A model generated the notes under the pieces. It made no database searches, was not told the origin of the DNA, and saw only the letters and a program-made list of their open reading frames with translations. The translations under genes and the position numbers were made by a program. Positions 18,616 to 28,755 of a stretch of 64,000 nt of DNA are shown here, piece by piece. The stretch is from Bacteroidota bacterium. Its GTDB lineage: Bacteria; Bacteroidota; Bacteroidia; Bacteroidales; GCA-2711565. How positions within the stretch are numbered: position 1 is the first letter of the stretch; every line of letters starts with the position of its first letter. The stretch spans positions 16,728 to 80,727 of the forward strand of contig PIVJ01000001.1 in assembly GCA_003353955.1 (NCBI GenBank), given 5' to 3'.

Positions 18616-20820
18616 ATGACGAATATTGAGGACAAGGTGCTTTTTGATATTTTAAAGATGTTTTTTGGATTCGAAACGTTTAAAGGAAACCAGAAGGATA
18701 TCATTAAAAGTGTTTTAACAGGTCATGATACTTTTGTTATTATGCCCACCGGAGGTGGAAAATCAATGTGTTATCAGCTTCCTGCCTTGATAAGTGAAGG
18801 CACTGCTATCATCATTTCTCCTTTAATCGCTTTAATGAAGAATCAGGTTGATGTCATCCGGAATCTTAGCTCAGAAGAGGGAATTGCCCATTTTTTAAAT
18901 TCCTCTTTATCCAAATCCGAGATCGCTAAAGTCAGACTGGATTTGGTAAACAAAAAAACGAAATTACTTTACGTCGCACCTGAATCGCTCACCAAGCAAG
19001 AAAATATTGTTTTTTTAAAAACAATCGGCATTTCATTTTATGCCATTGATGAAGCCCATTGTATATCGGAGTGGGGTCATGATTTCAGACCGGAGTATAG
19101 GAGATTGAGGCCGATCATTAATGAAATTGAAAAAGAGGTACCTATCATCGCCCTAACAGCTACAGCTACACCAAAAGTTCAAGAGGATATTAAGAAGAAC
19201 CTTGGCATGATGGATGCTAAAATCTTTAAATCATTATTTAACCGAGCCAATTTATATTATGAAGTAAGGCCAAAAGACAAAAACGTTAATAGAGAAATCA
19301 TTAAATACATTAAAAATCATATTGGCAAATCAGGAATAATTTACTGCTTAAGTCGTAAAATGGTAGAAGAAGTGGCAGAAACACTTCAGGTTAATGGGAT
19401 AAAAGCCTTGCCTTATCACGCCGGATTAGACGCAGCAACACGCAGGCAAAATCAAGATCGGTTTTTAATGGAAGATGTTGATGTGATTGTTGCAACCATC
19501 GCTTTCGGGATGGGAATTGATAAGCCTGATGTAAGGTTTGTAATTCACCACGATATTCCGAAAAGTTTGGAGGGATATTATCAGGAAACAGGACGTTCAG
19601 GTAGAGATAATGGTGAGGGAAGATGCATCACATTTTATAATTATAACGACATACAAAAGCTTGAGAAGTTTATGAAAGACAAGCCGGTTGCAGAACAGGA
19701 AATTGCCAAACAGCTATTACTCGAAACAGTGTCCTATGCCGAATCATCTGTGTGTCGAAGAAAACAATTGCTGCATTATTTCGGAGAAATCTATACAGAA
19801 TCGAATTGCAACAATTGTGATAATTGCCTCCACCCAAAAACGCAGTTTGAGGGGAAAGAATATGTGCAGATGGTAATTGATACTGTATTGTCAGTAAAAC
19901 AATTATTTAAAGCTAATCATATCATAAATATCTTAGTTGGTAAAAATACCGCCACTATCAAACAGTCGAAACATAATAAACTTGAGATATTTAGTAAAGG
20001 AGCTGAAAAATCCGAAAAATTCTGGAATGCAGTAATACGACAAACATTGATTGCCCGCCTACTGGTTAAAAATATTGAAAATTATGGATTGCTAAAAGTG
20101 AGCCCTGATGGTAAAAAGTTTTTGGATAAACCAAGCTCATTCATGCTCACAATGGATCACGATTATGACAATCCGCAAGATGATGAGTTCTTATCAGCCA
20201 CCTCATCTCATAAAATCAGTTCTACTGATAAGAATCTTTTTTTGATGTTGCAAGACTTAAGAAAGAATATATCAAAAAATGAAAAACTACCCCCATTCGT
20301 TATTTTTCAAGATCCAAGCCTAGAAGATATGGCCATTCAATATCCAATTAAAATGGACGAATTGAAACAGATTACCGGTGTTGGAACCGGTAAAGCCAGA
20401 AAATATGGAGTTCCGTTTTTAGATTTTATTAAAATCTATGTTGAAGAAAATGACATTATCCGGCCAAACGACATGGTTGTAAAATCCGTGGTGAATAAAT
20501 CGGGTTTAAAAGTTTACATAATTCAGAATATTGATCGTAAATTGCCGCTCGATGATATAGCAAATGCTAAAAACTTAAGTGTTTCTGAGTTATTAACTGA
20601 AATTGAACATATTGTCGACTCAGGAACCAAAGTTGATATCGACTATTATGTTGATGAATTTGTTGATGAATATCATCAGGAAGAAATATTCGATTATTTT
20701 AGAGAAGATGCAGTTTCAGATTCGGTTAGTGATGCCGTTCTGGAATTAGGAGAGGATGAATATAGTGAAGAAGAAATTCGAATAATGAGAATTAAATTTA
20801 TGTCAGAAATTGGCAACTAA
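18616..20820 (+). CDS. recQ: ATP-dependent DNA helicase RecQ
   Basis: 734 aa. FGFETFKGNQ, PTGGGKS, DEAHCISEWGHDFRP, Zn-binding Cys cluster (CRRK...CNNCDNC), C-terminal HRDC region. Confidence 0.9.
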   Translation: MTNIEDKVLFDILKMFFGFETFKGNQKDIIKSVLTGHDTFVIMPTGGGKSMCYQLPALISEGTAIIISPLIALMKNQVDVIRNLSSEEGIAHFLNSSLSKSEIAKVRLDLVNKKTKLLYVAPESLTKQENIVFLKTIGISFYAIDEAHCISEWGHDFRPEYRRLRPIINEIEKEVPIIALTATATPKVQEDIKKNLGMMDAKIFKSLFNRANLYYEVRPKDKNVNREIIKYIKNHIGKSGIIYCLSRKMVEEVAETLQVNGIKALPYHAGLDAATRRQNQDRFLMEDVDVIVATIAFGMGIDKPDVRFVIHHDIPKSLEGYYQETGRSGRDNGEGRCITFYNYNDIQKLEKFMKDKPVAEQEIAKQLLLETVSYAESSVCRRKQLLHYFGEIYTESNCNNCDNCLHPKTQFEGKEYVQMVIDTVLSVKQLFKANHIINILVGKNTATIKQSKHNKLEIFSKGAEKSEKFWNAVIRQTLIARLLVKNIENYGLLKVSPDGKKFLDKPSSFMLTMDHDYDNPQDDEFLSATSSHKISSTDKNLFLMLQDLRKNISKNEKLPPFVIFQDPSLEDMAIQYPIKMDELKQITGVGTGKARKYGVPFLDFIKIYVEENDIIRPNDMVVKSVVNKSGLKVYIIQNIDRKLPLDDIANAKNLSVSELLTEIEHIVDSGTKVDIDYYVDEFVDEYHQEEIFDYFREDAVSDSVSDAVLELGEDEYSEEEIRIMRIKFMSEIGN

Positions 20821-20821
20821 A

Positions 20822-21175
20822 ATGAAGATTAAATATCTATTTGCTACCCTCTTATTTATTATAACTTGCAATTTTGCAGGTTGTAAGTCGGAAAAAAAAT
20901 CCAATATTATAAATGAAGATAAAATGATTGATGTATTGGTTGATGTTCAATTAGCCGAAGCTTACTTAAGCATGAATCGCAAAACCAGAGATTTATCAAA
21001 TATCAAACTTGCTCCACAATATTATCTTGGAATATTTAACAAACACCAAATTTCAAAAGAGCAATTTGATTTAAGTACCTCATTTTATAAAAAGGATATG
21101 TCCAAATTTAAAATTCTTTATGATAGTGTGGCAAATCGTCTTGAAAGAATGAATAAAGAACGATCACAAAAATAA
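20822..21175 (+). CDS. DUF4296-like lipoprotein
   Basis: Track ORF starts at 20810, overlapping recQ. The ATG at 20822 gives MKIKYLFATLLFIITCNFAGC (lipobox). The MIDVLVDVQLAEAY motif recalls DUF4296. Confidence 0.55.
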   Translation: MKIKYLFATLLFIITCNFAGCKSEKKSNIINEDKMIDVLVDVQLAEAYLSMNRKTRDLSNIKLAPQYYLGIFNKHQISKEQFDLSTSFYKKDMSKFKILYDSVANRLERMNKERSQK

Positions 21176-21187
21176 CAATCTTCTAAA

Positions 21188-21601
21188 TTAGCGATCGTAA
21201 TCTGCCGAACAATCCGATGAGTTACCTGCAATAACAAGGCTATATGCCCAAGACATTAGATTAGGCTCAAGCAAGGTTGCTGTACCACTCACCGTCCAAT
21301 CGTCTCCAATGATTTGACTCGCAACAAATATTTTGTTTCCGGCAACTAATCCGACAGTTGTATTATAATCTGGTCCGGGATTACCGAAATTTAGTAACAA
21401 TATTTGAGCTGAGTGAGAAGGATCTTTGCTGATAGTTACGGTATAATTAGCTTTAAAACATGACTCGCTAACGCTCCATGTTCCCAAAAACTTATCTCGA
21501 TCATCACCTAAATCAACAAAAGTATCATCATCAGGGTTACATGATAAGAACGCAATTATTATCGCTAAAATAAAAAACAGGTATAGCTTGATATGTCGCA
21601 T
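21188..21601 (-). CDS. Hypothetical lipoprotein (137 aa)
   Basis: Signal peptide with lipobox AFLSC. Beta-rich mature part. No family recognised. Confidence 0.5.
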   Translation of the reverse strand: MRHIKLYLFFILAIIIAFLSCNPDDDTFVDLGDDRDKFLGTWSVSESCFKANYTVTISKDPSHSAQILLLNFGNPGPDYNTTVGLVAGNKIFVASQIIGDDWTVSGTATLLEPNLMSWAYSLVIAGNSSDCSADYDR

Positions 21602-21736
21602 AAATACAATTATTTATTACAAATATAAGAAATTCATGCAGTACAACTTTACAGCGATTACGTGATTTTTTCAGAAAACGGATAAAAAGAGAGATGATTA
21701 AAAATGGTGAGTCAATTACAATTCCTGATAATAAAG

Positions 21737-21873
21737 CTACCCGCCGCAAGCGGACGGGATATCATGATGGATTCTATTTTATTTCGCCCCAAGAGACGGG
21801 GAATATAAGCCACAAGATTCTTCGACTTCGCCTAATTAATTTTGTTTCACAAAATCAAAGCCTCACTGATTTA
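21737..21873 (+). repeat. GC-rich structured repeat, copy C (with 18-nt internal insertion)
   Basis: ctacccgccgcaagcggacgggatatcatgatggattc...cgccccaagagacggggaatataagccacaagattcttcgacttcgcctaattaattttgtttcacaaaatcaaagcctcactgattta. Confidence 0.8.
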
Positions 21874-22029
21874 CCTTTTACCATGACCCCTGAAATGGTC
21901 AAAGAAGCAGCATTACGGTTCAAACCAAAAGTGATATACCTGTATCATTATCGGGGTACTGATCCGCAGTTATTAATAAATTTATTAAAGGGTGCTCCTG
22001 AGATCGAAGCCAGGGTAAGAAAGATGTAA
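21874..22029 (+). pseudogene. C-terminal relic of an MBL-fold metallo-hydrolase
   Basis: The tail of track ORF 21694..22029 reads ...FTMTPEMVKEAALRFKPKVIYLYHYRGTDPQLL..., typical of the last ~50 residues of MBL-fold hydrolases. Everything upstream of it in that ORF is translated repeat copy C. Confidence 0.45.
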
Positions 22030-22031
22030 TT

Positions 22032-22880
22032 TTAATCATTAATCAAATCCAGGAGTTTTGTTGCTAACCTACTTGCTCCAATTCTGAAAAGTTCGGGATT
22101 TAACCAAGTAGCACCCAACACATTCTTAAGCAATAAATAATAGGGTATCGCTTGTTCAGGTGTTGAAATACCCCCTGCAGGTTTAATTCCAATTTTTTTT
22201 CCAGTATGCTCGTAATACTCCATAATGGCATCTAGCATAACAATAAATGCTTCTAAGGTTGCAGCCGGTTGTATTTTTCCGGTTGAGGTTTTGATAAAAT
22301 CAGCCCCTGCCGAGATAGCAATATCACTTGCCCGTTTTATGTTTTCCAAGCTGCCTAGTTCACCTGTCTCCAAGATAACCTTGAGATGTACATCGCCACA
22401 AAATCTCTTAATTGCCCTAATTTCGTCATATACTTCTTTATAATTCCCTTCCAAAAACTTCCCTCGTGAAATTACCATATCTATTTCATCTGCTCCCTGT
22501 TCAATGGCATATTTAATTTCTGCTAACTTAACGCTGATAGGAGATTGCCCACTGGGGAATGCTCCTGCAACTGAAGCAACTTTAAGGCTTGTGTTTAATA
22601 GTTTCTCCTTAGCCTGCGCAATAAAAGGTGGATACACACAAACTGCGGCAACATTGGGAATTTCTTTTTCTTTTGAATAAAAACCTAAAGCCTGCTCACA
22701 TAACTGATCGATTCGTTTTTCATTATCAGAACCCTCTAAGGTTGTCAAATCAATAAATCCTAATAATTTTCTATAAATCAGTTTCTTGTCTAAATTTTTC
22801 GATTCTATTTTAAGGATTTGTGTAATTTTTTGATCAATCTGCTCAGCAGGAATTGAGTATGATTTTGAGAATAAATCCAT
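22032..22880 (-). CDS. deoC: Deoxyribose-phosphate aldolase
   Basis: 282 aa. DLTTLEG, EIDMVI, FIKTSTGK (Schiff-base lysine) and IKPAGGI motifs. Confidence 0.85.
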   Translation of the reverse strand: MDLFSKSYSIPAEQIDQKITQILKIESKNLDKKLIYRKLLGFIDLTTLEGSDNEKRIDQLCEQALGFYSKEKEIPNVAAVCVYPPFIAQAKEKLLNTSLKVASVAGAFPSGQSPISVKLAEIKYAIEQGADEIDMVISRGKFLEGNYKEVYDEIRAIKRFCGDVHLKVILETGELGSLENIKRASDIAISAGADFIKTSTGKIQPAATLEAFIVMLDAIMEYYEHTGKKIGIKPAGGISTPEQAIPYYLLLKNVLGATWLNPELFRIGASRLATKLLDLIND

Positions 22881-22937
22881 GAAGTTTTTCTCTCAAAATT
22901 AATGAATTAATGTTTACTGAGATTTAAATTGACCAAG

Positions 22938-23123
22938 TCAATATCTATTTAGTTTTATATGTTTGCCTATAAACCTCGCTTTTAGTTTATGACCAAAACC
23001 AAATATCCACTGGTATCCATCATCGCCATAAATTTCAGTTTAACTTAAAACGCATCCATCAAAATAACGTCCTTTAATGAGTGTCCGATACCGTAAGTTG
23101 TCTCCTTTTTCGGATTTCTCCAT
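22938..23123 (-). pseudogene. Stop-interrupted small ORF of unknown family
   Basis: Own translation: MEKSEKGDNLRYRTLIKGRYFDGCVLS*TEIYGDDGYQWIFGFGHKLKARFIGKHIKLNRY*. The in-frame TAA is at 23040-23042. Confidence 0.25.
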
Positions 23124-23314
23124 AAATTCATCTATCTGGTTTATTTTGTGGTGTTTATAATTACTTCTACTAAGAAATTAGAGGCAATTCTTTACGAACC
23201 TGATAAACGAAAGATTAACATCAATCATAAACGCCTGATATTACATTATATACAAATTTGGCATGACGATTGTAAATATAGAATATAAGTAAAAATTAAA
23301 AAATATCAGCAACT

Positions 23315-23464
23315 ATGAAGATAGGTTTAAAAATCAACAGTTCAATTAAAAACCTTAAGTATCACAAGTATTTTAAATGTGACCGATGTGGATACATCTC
23401 GATGGTGAAAAATTCAATTTGCCCGATTTGTGAAAAAGACGGATATAAACTTAAGCTTAAGTAA
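23315..23464 (+). CDS. 49-aa zinc-ribbon mini-protein (CxxC...CxxC)
   Basis: Own translation: MKIGLKINSSIKNLKYHKYFKCDRCGYISMVKNSICPICEKDGYKLKLK*. Below the ORF-track length cut-off. A strong terminator hairpin lies 117 nt downstream. Confidence 0.4.
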   Translation: MKIGLKINSSIKNLKYHKYFKCDRCGYISMVKNSICPICEKDGYKLKLK

Positions 23465-23580
23465 AACATTAAAATGGTAATAAGAATTACCTAAGGTTAT
23501 TTAGTTCATTATTAAGAATTCATTTTTCTATTAGATATTGACAATCAGCCTAAATTTTGTGTTAACAGCAACAATAAAAA

Positions 23581-23602
23581 ATCCTTCCAAATTTGGAAGG
23601 AT
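23581..23602. terminator. Bidirectional rho-independent terminator hairpin
   Basis: aaaaa-ATCCTTCCA-aatt-TGGAAGGAT-ttttt: 9-bp perfect stem, 4-nt loop, A-run upstream and T-run downstream. Confidence 0.6.
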
Positions 23603-23618
23603 TTTTTATTGAAGTTGT

Positions 23619-23860
23619 TTAAAGTTGACGTAATAAAATGACACAAGAAGTTATTATATTCAAGGCTTTCCAATGAATTTTATTTGTTTCAAAATGGATT
23701 AAAATGGCTTTAAAAACATCTAGTCAGGCATTCGTCCTTTCCACCACAAACCTGCATTTATAAAGCAACTCATCAAAAAGGTGCTCACTTTTGTTTCCGT
23801 TTCTTTTGTTCTTGTCAATATTATCTCTGATATCATTCTTATAACCTGAGTTCGATTTTT
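23619..23860 (-). mobile_element. 3' relic of an IS4/IS5-superfamily DDE transposase gene
   Basis: Own translation: ...GYKNDIRDNIDKNKRNGNKSEHLFDELLYKCRFVVERTNA*LDVFKAILIHFETNKIHWKALNIITSCVILLRQL*. The LYK-x-R-x-VER-x-NAW-LD block (the E of DDE) is typical of this family. The expected Trp codon is TGA. No upstream catalytic region is present. Confidence 0.6.
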
Positions 23861-23972
23861 AACTATCTGACAATCTGATAAATAAGTATTGTATAATAGG
23901 TGGTTTATTAGGATGAATCATGGGTGTTTGTTATCTTTATGACTAACAATCAAACAAATAACACCACCATCC

Positions 23973-24029
23973 ATGAATATCACTAATGATAGAACTACAG
24001 AAATTTTCTATTTAGCAGATGAATTTTGC
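23973..24029 (+). mobile_element. Possible N-terminal fragment of another IS transposase (IS982-like TEIF-x-x-x-D-x-FC motif)
   Basis: MNITNDRTTEIFYLADEFC... then runs into nonsense. This is motif recollection only. Confidence 0.25.
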
Positions 24030-24111
24030 CTCGATTTTGTACCTTTGCCACTGTGTGAGGTGGTAATAATGTTTTTTTGTCATCTTGCAACTAATTTAAA
24101 TTTTAGAACTT

Positions 24112-24141
24112 CAAAGATACAGGACTAGCCCTGTATCTTTG
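24112..24141. terminator. Perfect 12-bp hairpin downstream of aspS
   Basis: CAAAGATACAGG-actagc-CCTGTATCTTTG, 117 nt past the aspS stop. It has no clear U-tract. Confidence 0.4.
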
Positions 24142-24257
24142 ATATTAAATCGTTGCACTTACTAATTGAATTTTGCATAAAATTTAACAAAAGCACAAAC
24201 CACCATTTATTAGGTGAAAATCCCAAAAAACAAAGAAAATAACTAGATGTACAAAAC

Positions 24258-26006
24258 TTAGCTTTTAACCACTTTCAATTTCAACTCATCCAACTGTTCT
24301 TCTGCAATTTTAGAAGGCGAGTCAATCATGACGTCTCGCCCTGAATTATTTTTAGGGAAGGCAATAAAATCACGAATAGAATCGGAGCCACCAAATAAAG
24401 CTACCCAGCGGTCAAAGCCAAAAGCAATACCACCATGGGGAGGCGCACCAAACTCAAAGGCATTCATTAAAAAGCCAAATTGAGTCTGGGCTTCTTCATC
24501 GGTAAAGCCGAGCACTTTAAACATTTTTTGTTGTACTCCTTTATCAAAAATCCGAATGGAACCACCGCCAATTTCCACCCCGTTTATGACCAAATCGTAG
24601 GCATTGGCGCGAACTTTCCCGGGTGTTGTTTCAAGCATTTCAACATCCTCAGTTTTGGGAGAAGTAAAGGGATGGTGCATAGCATGAAATCGTTTTGCAT
24701 CTTCATTCCATTCAAGTAAAGGAAAATCAACCACCCACAATGGTTTAAAACTTTTTTGATCTTTTAATTCCAGTCGGTTACCCATTTCCAAACGAAGCTC
24801 ACCCAATTGCTTTTGTGCTTTTTCGGTATCGCCTGAAATAACCAATAATAAATCGCCGGGTCGGGCATCAAATTTTGCTGCCCAGATTTTCAACGCTTCC
24901 TGATCGAAGAATTTATCAACCGAAGATTTGAATGTACCATCTGCATTGCATTTTACATAAATCAATCCTTTGGCACCAATTTGTGGTTTACGAACAAAGT
25001 CAGTCAACTGATCGAGTTGTTTTCGTGAATATTCTCCGCATCTTTCGGCACAAATTCCAACTACCAATTCGGCATCATCAAACACCTTAAATCCTTTCCC
25101 TTTTGCCACATCATTAAGCTCAACAAACTTCATTTCAAATCGGATATCGGGCTTGTCGCTCCCGTAATATTTCATGGCATTGGCGTATTCAATTCTTGGA
25201 AAATCAGTGATCTCCACATCTTTTATGGTTTTGAACAAATGGCGAGCTAATCCTTCGAAGGTATCCAAAATATCATCCTGCTCAACAAAGGTCATTTCGC
25301 AATCGATTTGGGTAAATTCCGGCTGACGGTCGGCACGTAAATCTTCATCCCTAAAACATCTTACGATCTGATAATAGCGATCAAAACCCGACACCATTAA
25401 TAATTGCTTAAAAGTTTGGGGTGATTGGGGCAGGGCATAAAATTGATTCTGGTTCATGCGTGAAGGGACTACAAAATCGCGGGCTCCTTCGGGGGTAGAC
25501 TTTATTAAGTATGGCGTTTCAATCTCAAAGAAATTTTGAGAATCCATATACTTGCGTGTTTCAATCGACATGCGGTGACGGAGCTCCATGTTTTCACGTA
25601 ATGGATTTCTTCGTAAATCGAGATAACGGTATTTCATTCGCAACTCATCGCCTCCATCGGTTTCATTTTCGATGGTAAAAGGCGGTACTTTCGATTTGTT
25701 TAAAATTGTTAATTCATCAACAAAAATTTCAACTTCACCGGTTAGCATTTTTAGGTTTTTATTGCTTCTTTCCTTCACTACACCCTTTGCTTGAATTACA
25801 AACTCACGACCCAGTTTTCTGGCCTGCATACATAACGCTTTGTTGGTTTCCAAGTTAAAAACCAATTGGGTAATCCCGTATCGATCGCGCAGATCAATAA
25901 AAGTCATGCCCCCTAAATCTCGTGATTTTTGTACCCATCCGGATAAGGTGGTTTTAGTTTCAATATGGGTCATGTTTAATTCTCCGCAAGTGTGTGATCG
26001 TAGCAT
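24258..26006 (-). CDS. aspS: Aspartate--tRNA ligase
   Basis: 582 aa. [11 protein letters not shown]-terminus, class II motifs ([28 protein letters not shown]). Confidence 0.95.
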   Translation of the reverse strand: MLRSHTCGELNMTHIETKTTLSGWVQKSRDLGGMTFIDLRDRYGITQLVFNLETNKALCMQARKLGREFVIQAKGVVKERSNKNLKMLTGEVEIFVDELTILNKSKVPPFTIENETDGGDELRMKYRYLDLRRNPLRENMELRHRMSIETRKYMDSQNFFEIETPYLIKSTPEGARDFVVPSRMNQNQFYALPQSPQTFKQLLMVSGFDRYYQIVRCFRDEDLRADRQPEFTQIDCEMTFVEQDDILDTFEGLARHLFKTIKDVEITDFPRIEYANAMKYYGSDKPDIRFEMKFVELNDVAKGKGFKVFDDAELVVGICAERCGEYSRKQLDQLTDFVRKPQIGAKGLIYVKCNADGTFKSSVDKFFDQEALKIWAAKFDARPGDLLLVISGDTEKAQKQLGELRLEMGNRLELKDQKSFKPLWVVDFPLLEWNEDAKRFHAMHHPFTSPKTEDVEMLETTPGKVRANAYDLVINGVEIGGGSIRIFDKGVQQKMFKVLGFTDEEAQTQFGFLMNAFEFGAPPHGGIAFGFDRWVALFGGSDSIRDFIAFPKNNSGRDVMIDSPSKIAEEQLDELKLKVVKS

Positions 26007-26028
26007 TTGTTTCTATTTAAATTCTGTG

Positions 26029-26036
26029 CAAAATTA
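26029..26036 (-). promoter_or_regulatory. -7 box TAATTTTG for aspS
   Basis: Reverse complement of caaaatta, 23 nt upstream of the aspS ATG. Confidence 0.45.
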
Positions 26037-26301
26037 CAAAAAATACTGAGGTAAAAGTTAGTAGTTTTAGTACAGAAGTTAAATAAATCAAGCCGTTCAT
26101 TAATACACTGAAAATAACAGCCTGTCCATTTTCTTTGCTCGTCCAAAGAAAACGAATCAAAAGAAAAGACAATTTTTTCGAGGTATTTTTGTGAAAACGC
26201 AAAACCATAATTGCTTTTTTAAATTTCTACTATGGCTTCAGAAGATTTTACTGAAAAGAAATTATAATACTACGGAAAAACCAAATTAATATTAGAGAGT
26301 C

Positions 26302-26988
26302 TTATATAAACAAAATACTTCCGCCATCAAAAAGGGATCCGTCATAAAGTTCAACTATTTCGTAGCCCCATTTGTTTATTTGATTTTTAAAATCATTGCT
26401 CCAGGTGTAGTTAGCCAGGTTGCCAATAATAAAAAGTTGATTATCCAGCATACCTATACAACCCCCGATAAAACCGTTTTCATGTCCGGGCAATTGAATG
26501 CCTGCGGGGTTAACATAAAAAACATCTAGATCATACCTTCTCAAGATCTTTTCAATTCCTTTATCTGAAGTGATGAATTTATTATGCTTCAGCGCAACCA
26601 AATTACATCTGGTGTATCCCTGATCGACATGAATTAGATTTTGCTCTTCGGCTGCATCTGTGATATTTGAGTCGGTATATCGAAAATTATGGATAAGATA
26701 TTTTTTAGTTGCCGCCACATTATATTTCGCCGATTCAGGATATTTCCTGCCCACCGGCAAATCTCCTTCCTGATAATAAATATCTTTTTCTTGTAATTGA
26801 ATTTTAATGGAATCAGGCAAATTTGGGGCTACAATCAGTTGGTCGCAAACCTGACTAAAAAATATATCCGGATGACCAGAGATGGCCTCATAGCATATTC
26901 CCTCTGTTTCCAATTCGATCAATTCACCATTAGCCAAAAGGGATTTCTTTGCTTCTTCGGGTATTTTCTTGTCTATTACAATTTGCAT
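26302..26988 (-). CDS. Conserved hypothetical protein (228 aa), cytoplasmic
   Basis: Long ORF with normal composition. Motifs SGHPDIF, VDQGYTRCN and GGSILF faintly recall the guanidino-modifying/pentein-like fold families. No firm assignment. Confidence 0.45.
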   Translation of the reverse strand: MQIVIDKKIPEEAKKSLLANGELIELETEGICYEAISGHPDIFFSQVCDQLIVAPNLPDSIKIQLQEKDIYYQEGDLPVGRKYPESAKYNVAATKKYLIHNFRYTDSNITDAAEEQNLIHVDQGYTRCNLVALKHNKFITSDKGIEKILRRYDLDVFYVNPAGIQLPGHENGFIGGCIGMLDNQLFIIGNLANYTWSNDFKNQINKWGYEIVELYDGSLFDGGSILFI

Positions 26989-27070
26989 GAAGTAAAATTA
27001 GTTTATTATTTACTTTTTCCGTTTATTATGTTAACCTTTGTAATCACAAATCACCTCAAAATCTAATCCC

Positions 27071-27634
27071 ATGAAAAGATCAATTGCAATGATTATTTTA
27101 CTCATTCTTCCATTATTCTGTATTTCATCTAACAAGAATAAACCGGAAGAAAAATCAAGTTTATTGATAGTTAGCAAAATTGAAACTATTGATAATTTTT
27201 TCCAGTCTGATCGATTTTATTTAGCAGGGCAACCGAATTATGAAACCTTTGTTTGGCTAAAATCAGAAGGCGTTGGGCTTGTGATTAACCTAAGATCTGA
27301 AGGAGAAAATGCCACTTTCGCAGAAAGTGCTTTCGACGAAGAAAACTTATTGGAAAGTCTCGATCTTGCCTATGTATCCATTCCAATGAGTGGCATGGAT
27401 GCATATTGCCCGGAAACGGTTGAGAAATTGGCCAACGCCATTAACAGGCATGAAGGAAAAATATTAATCCATTGCACCAGTTGTGGACGTGCTACAAGTT
27501 TATGGATGGCTTATTTAATTAAATATAAATCCTTTTCGGTTGATGAGGCCATTGTGGTCGGGAAGCAGCTTAAATTTAAATTTTATCTGGAGAATTTACT
27601 TGACTCAAAAATTAGTATGAGCATAGTAGAATAA
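27071..27634 (+). CDS. Exported PTP-loop/DUF442-like putative phosphatase
   Basis: 187 aa with signal peptide. Has an HC-x4-R P-loop-like motif (IHCTSCGRATS). Confidence 0.55.
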   Translation: MKRSIAMIILLILPLFCISSNKNKPEEKSSLLIVSKIETIDNFFQSDRFYLAGQPNYETFVWLKSEGVGLVINLRSEGENATFAESAFDEENLLESLDLAYVSIPMSGMDAYCPETVEKLANAINRHEGKILIHCTSCGRATSLWMAYLIKYKSFSVDEAIVVGKQLKFKFYLENLLDSKISMSIVE

Positions 27635-27637
27635 GCG

Positions 27638-28660
27638 TTACTTATTTTCGAAGTTCGAATAGGAAGTTGTTATTATAAAATTTCGACCCGATAGATTTTC
27701 ATCCGTTTTAAAAGCAATATCTTTAAATTTTGTCAAAAGGAATTTTTTATTTGACGAATTATAACCGACAGTGTGATTCAATTCTTTGGGGTTGACATAA
27801 ATAGTAATCGAGTCAGCAGATTGATTTATATTTTTCAATTTTCTGAACCAAATTTCACTCAGCACCAATTCTCGAAACGATTGGTGAAAAGGTCCGGCCA
27901 CGAGTTCTGATCCATCCAATAATCCTTTGGAGGAGTGCAATCCAACCCTTAAGACTTTTACGGACGATTTTTCAAATATTTCAACAATACTTGCAGACCA
28001 GTTTACGGCCTCCTTCATGCTTAAAGGTTTATATTTACCGCTATTGAACATCGCTTCAAGCTTGGTTCCTTTAATTACGAGAGTAGGATAAATACGGGTA
28101 TTATCTGCTTTTAATTCGATTATTTTTTTAGCCGTTTTTATCGCTTTTTCTCTGGTATCTCCGGGTAAACCAATCATCATTTGAAGCCCGAGTTTTATAT
28201 CGAAGCTATTAATTAATTCAGCAGCTTTAACAATATCAAGTGTGTTATGACCCCTTTTTGAGCATCTCAATACTTCCTCGTCAAAAGATTGGGCACCCAA
28301 TTCGATGGTGTTGACCTTAAGCTTTTTAAGCAATTCAAGCACCTCAATATTAACATAATCGGGGCGTGTGGATAACCGGAGACCATTTATTTTCTTAGAT
28401 TCCAAATACGGCAGAACCAATTTTAAATAGTTCTCCTGCTCATCCAATGGAATGCCGGTAAAGTTTCCGCCAAAAAAAGCCAATTCAATGTGTGCTGATT
28501 TAGGTATCGTGCCCAAATGTAATTCAATGGTATCAATTATTTCCTCTTTATTCGGGCTCTGAACAACCCCTGATATTTTTTGCTGATTACAATATAAACA
28601 TTGAAACGGACATGCCATTTCGGGGATAAAAATGGGAATAATATAGATTTTCTTACACAT
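27638..28660 (-). CDS. Radical SAM protein (ELP3/COG1243-like core, no GNAT domain)
   Basis: 340 aa. CPFQCLYC (CxxxCxxC) at the N-terminus, followed by a TIM-barrel-like region. Confidence 0.75.
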   Translation of the reverse strand: MCKKIYIIPIFIPEMACPFQCLYCNQQKISGVVQSPNKEEIIDTIELHLGTIPKSAHIELAFFGGNFTGIPLDEQENYLKLVLPYLESKKINGLRLSTRPDYVNIEVLELLKKLKVNTIELGAQSFDEEVLRCSKRGHNTLDIVKAAELINSFDIKLGLQMMIGLPGDTREKAIKTAKKIIELKADNTRIYPTLVIKGTKLEAMFNSGKYKPLSMKEAVNWSASIVEIFEKSSVKVLRVGLHSSKGLLDGSELVAGPFHQSFRELVLSEIWFRKLKNINQSADSITIYVNPKELNHTVGYNSSNKKFLLTKFKDIAFKTDENLSGRNFIITTSYSNFENK

Positions 28661-28697
28661 AAAGGTTTTTAAAGTACTAAATTCGCAAAAAATTAAA

Positions 28698-28705
28698 TAT
28701 TTTTG
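28698..28705 (+). promoter_or_regulatory. -7 box TATTTTTG upstream of the four-gene exported-protein operon
   Basis: Matches TAnnTTTG, 51-57 nt upstream of the first ATGs. Confidence 0.4.
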
Positions 28706-28755
28706 TTAGAAATCTTTTTATCAAAGAAACGGGTATTATACAACATTAAACTTTA

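Noticed and set aside
8941-21873. Possibility that the three GC-rich repeats are a CRISPR array.
   Set aside because: The copies are 5-7 kb apart, on different strands, 110-135 nt long and separated by ordinary genes. No short regularly spaced repeat-spacer structure exists anywhere in the window.
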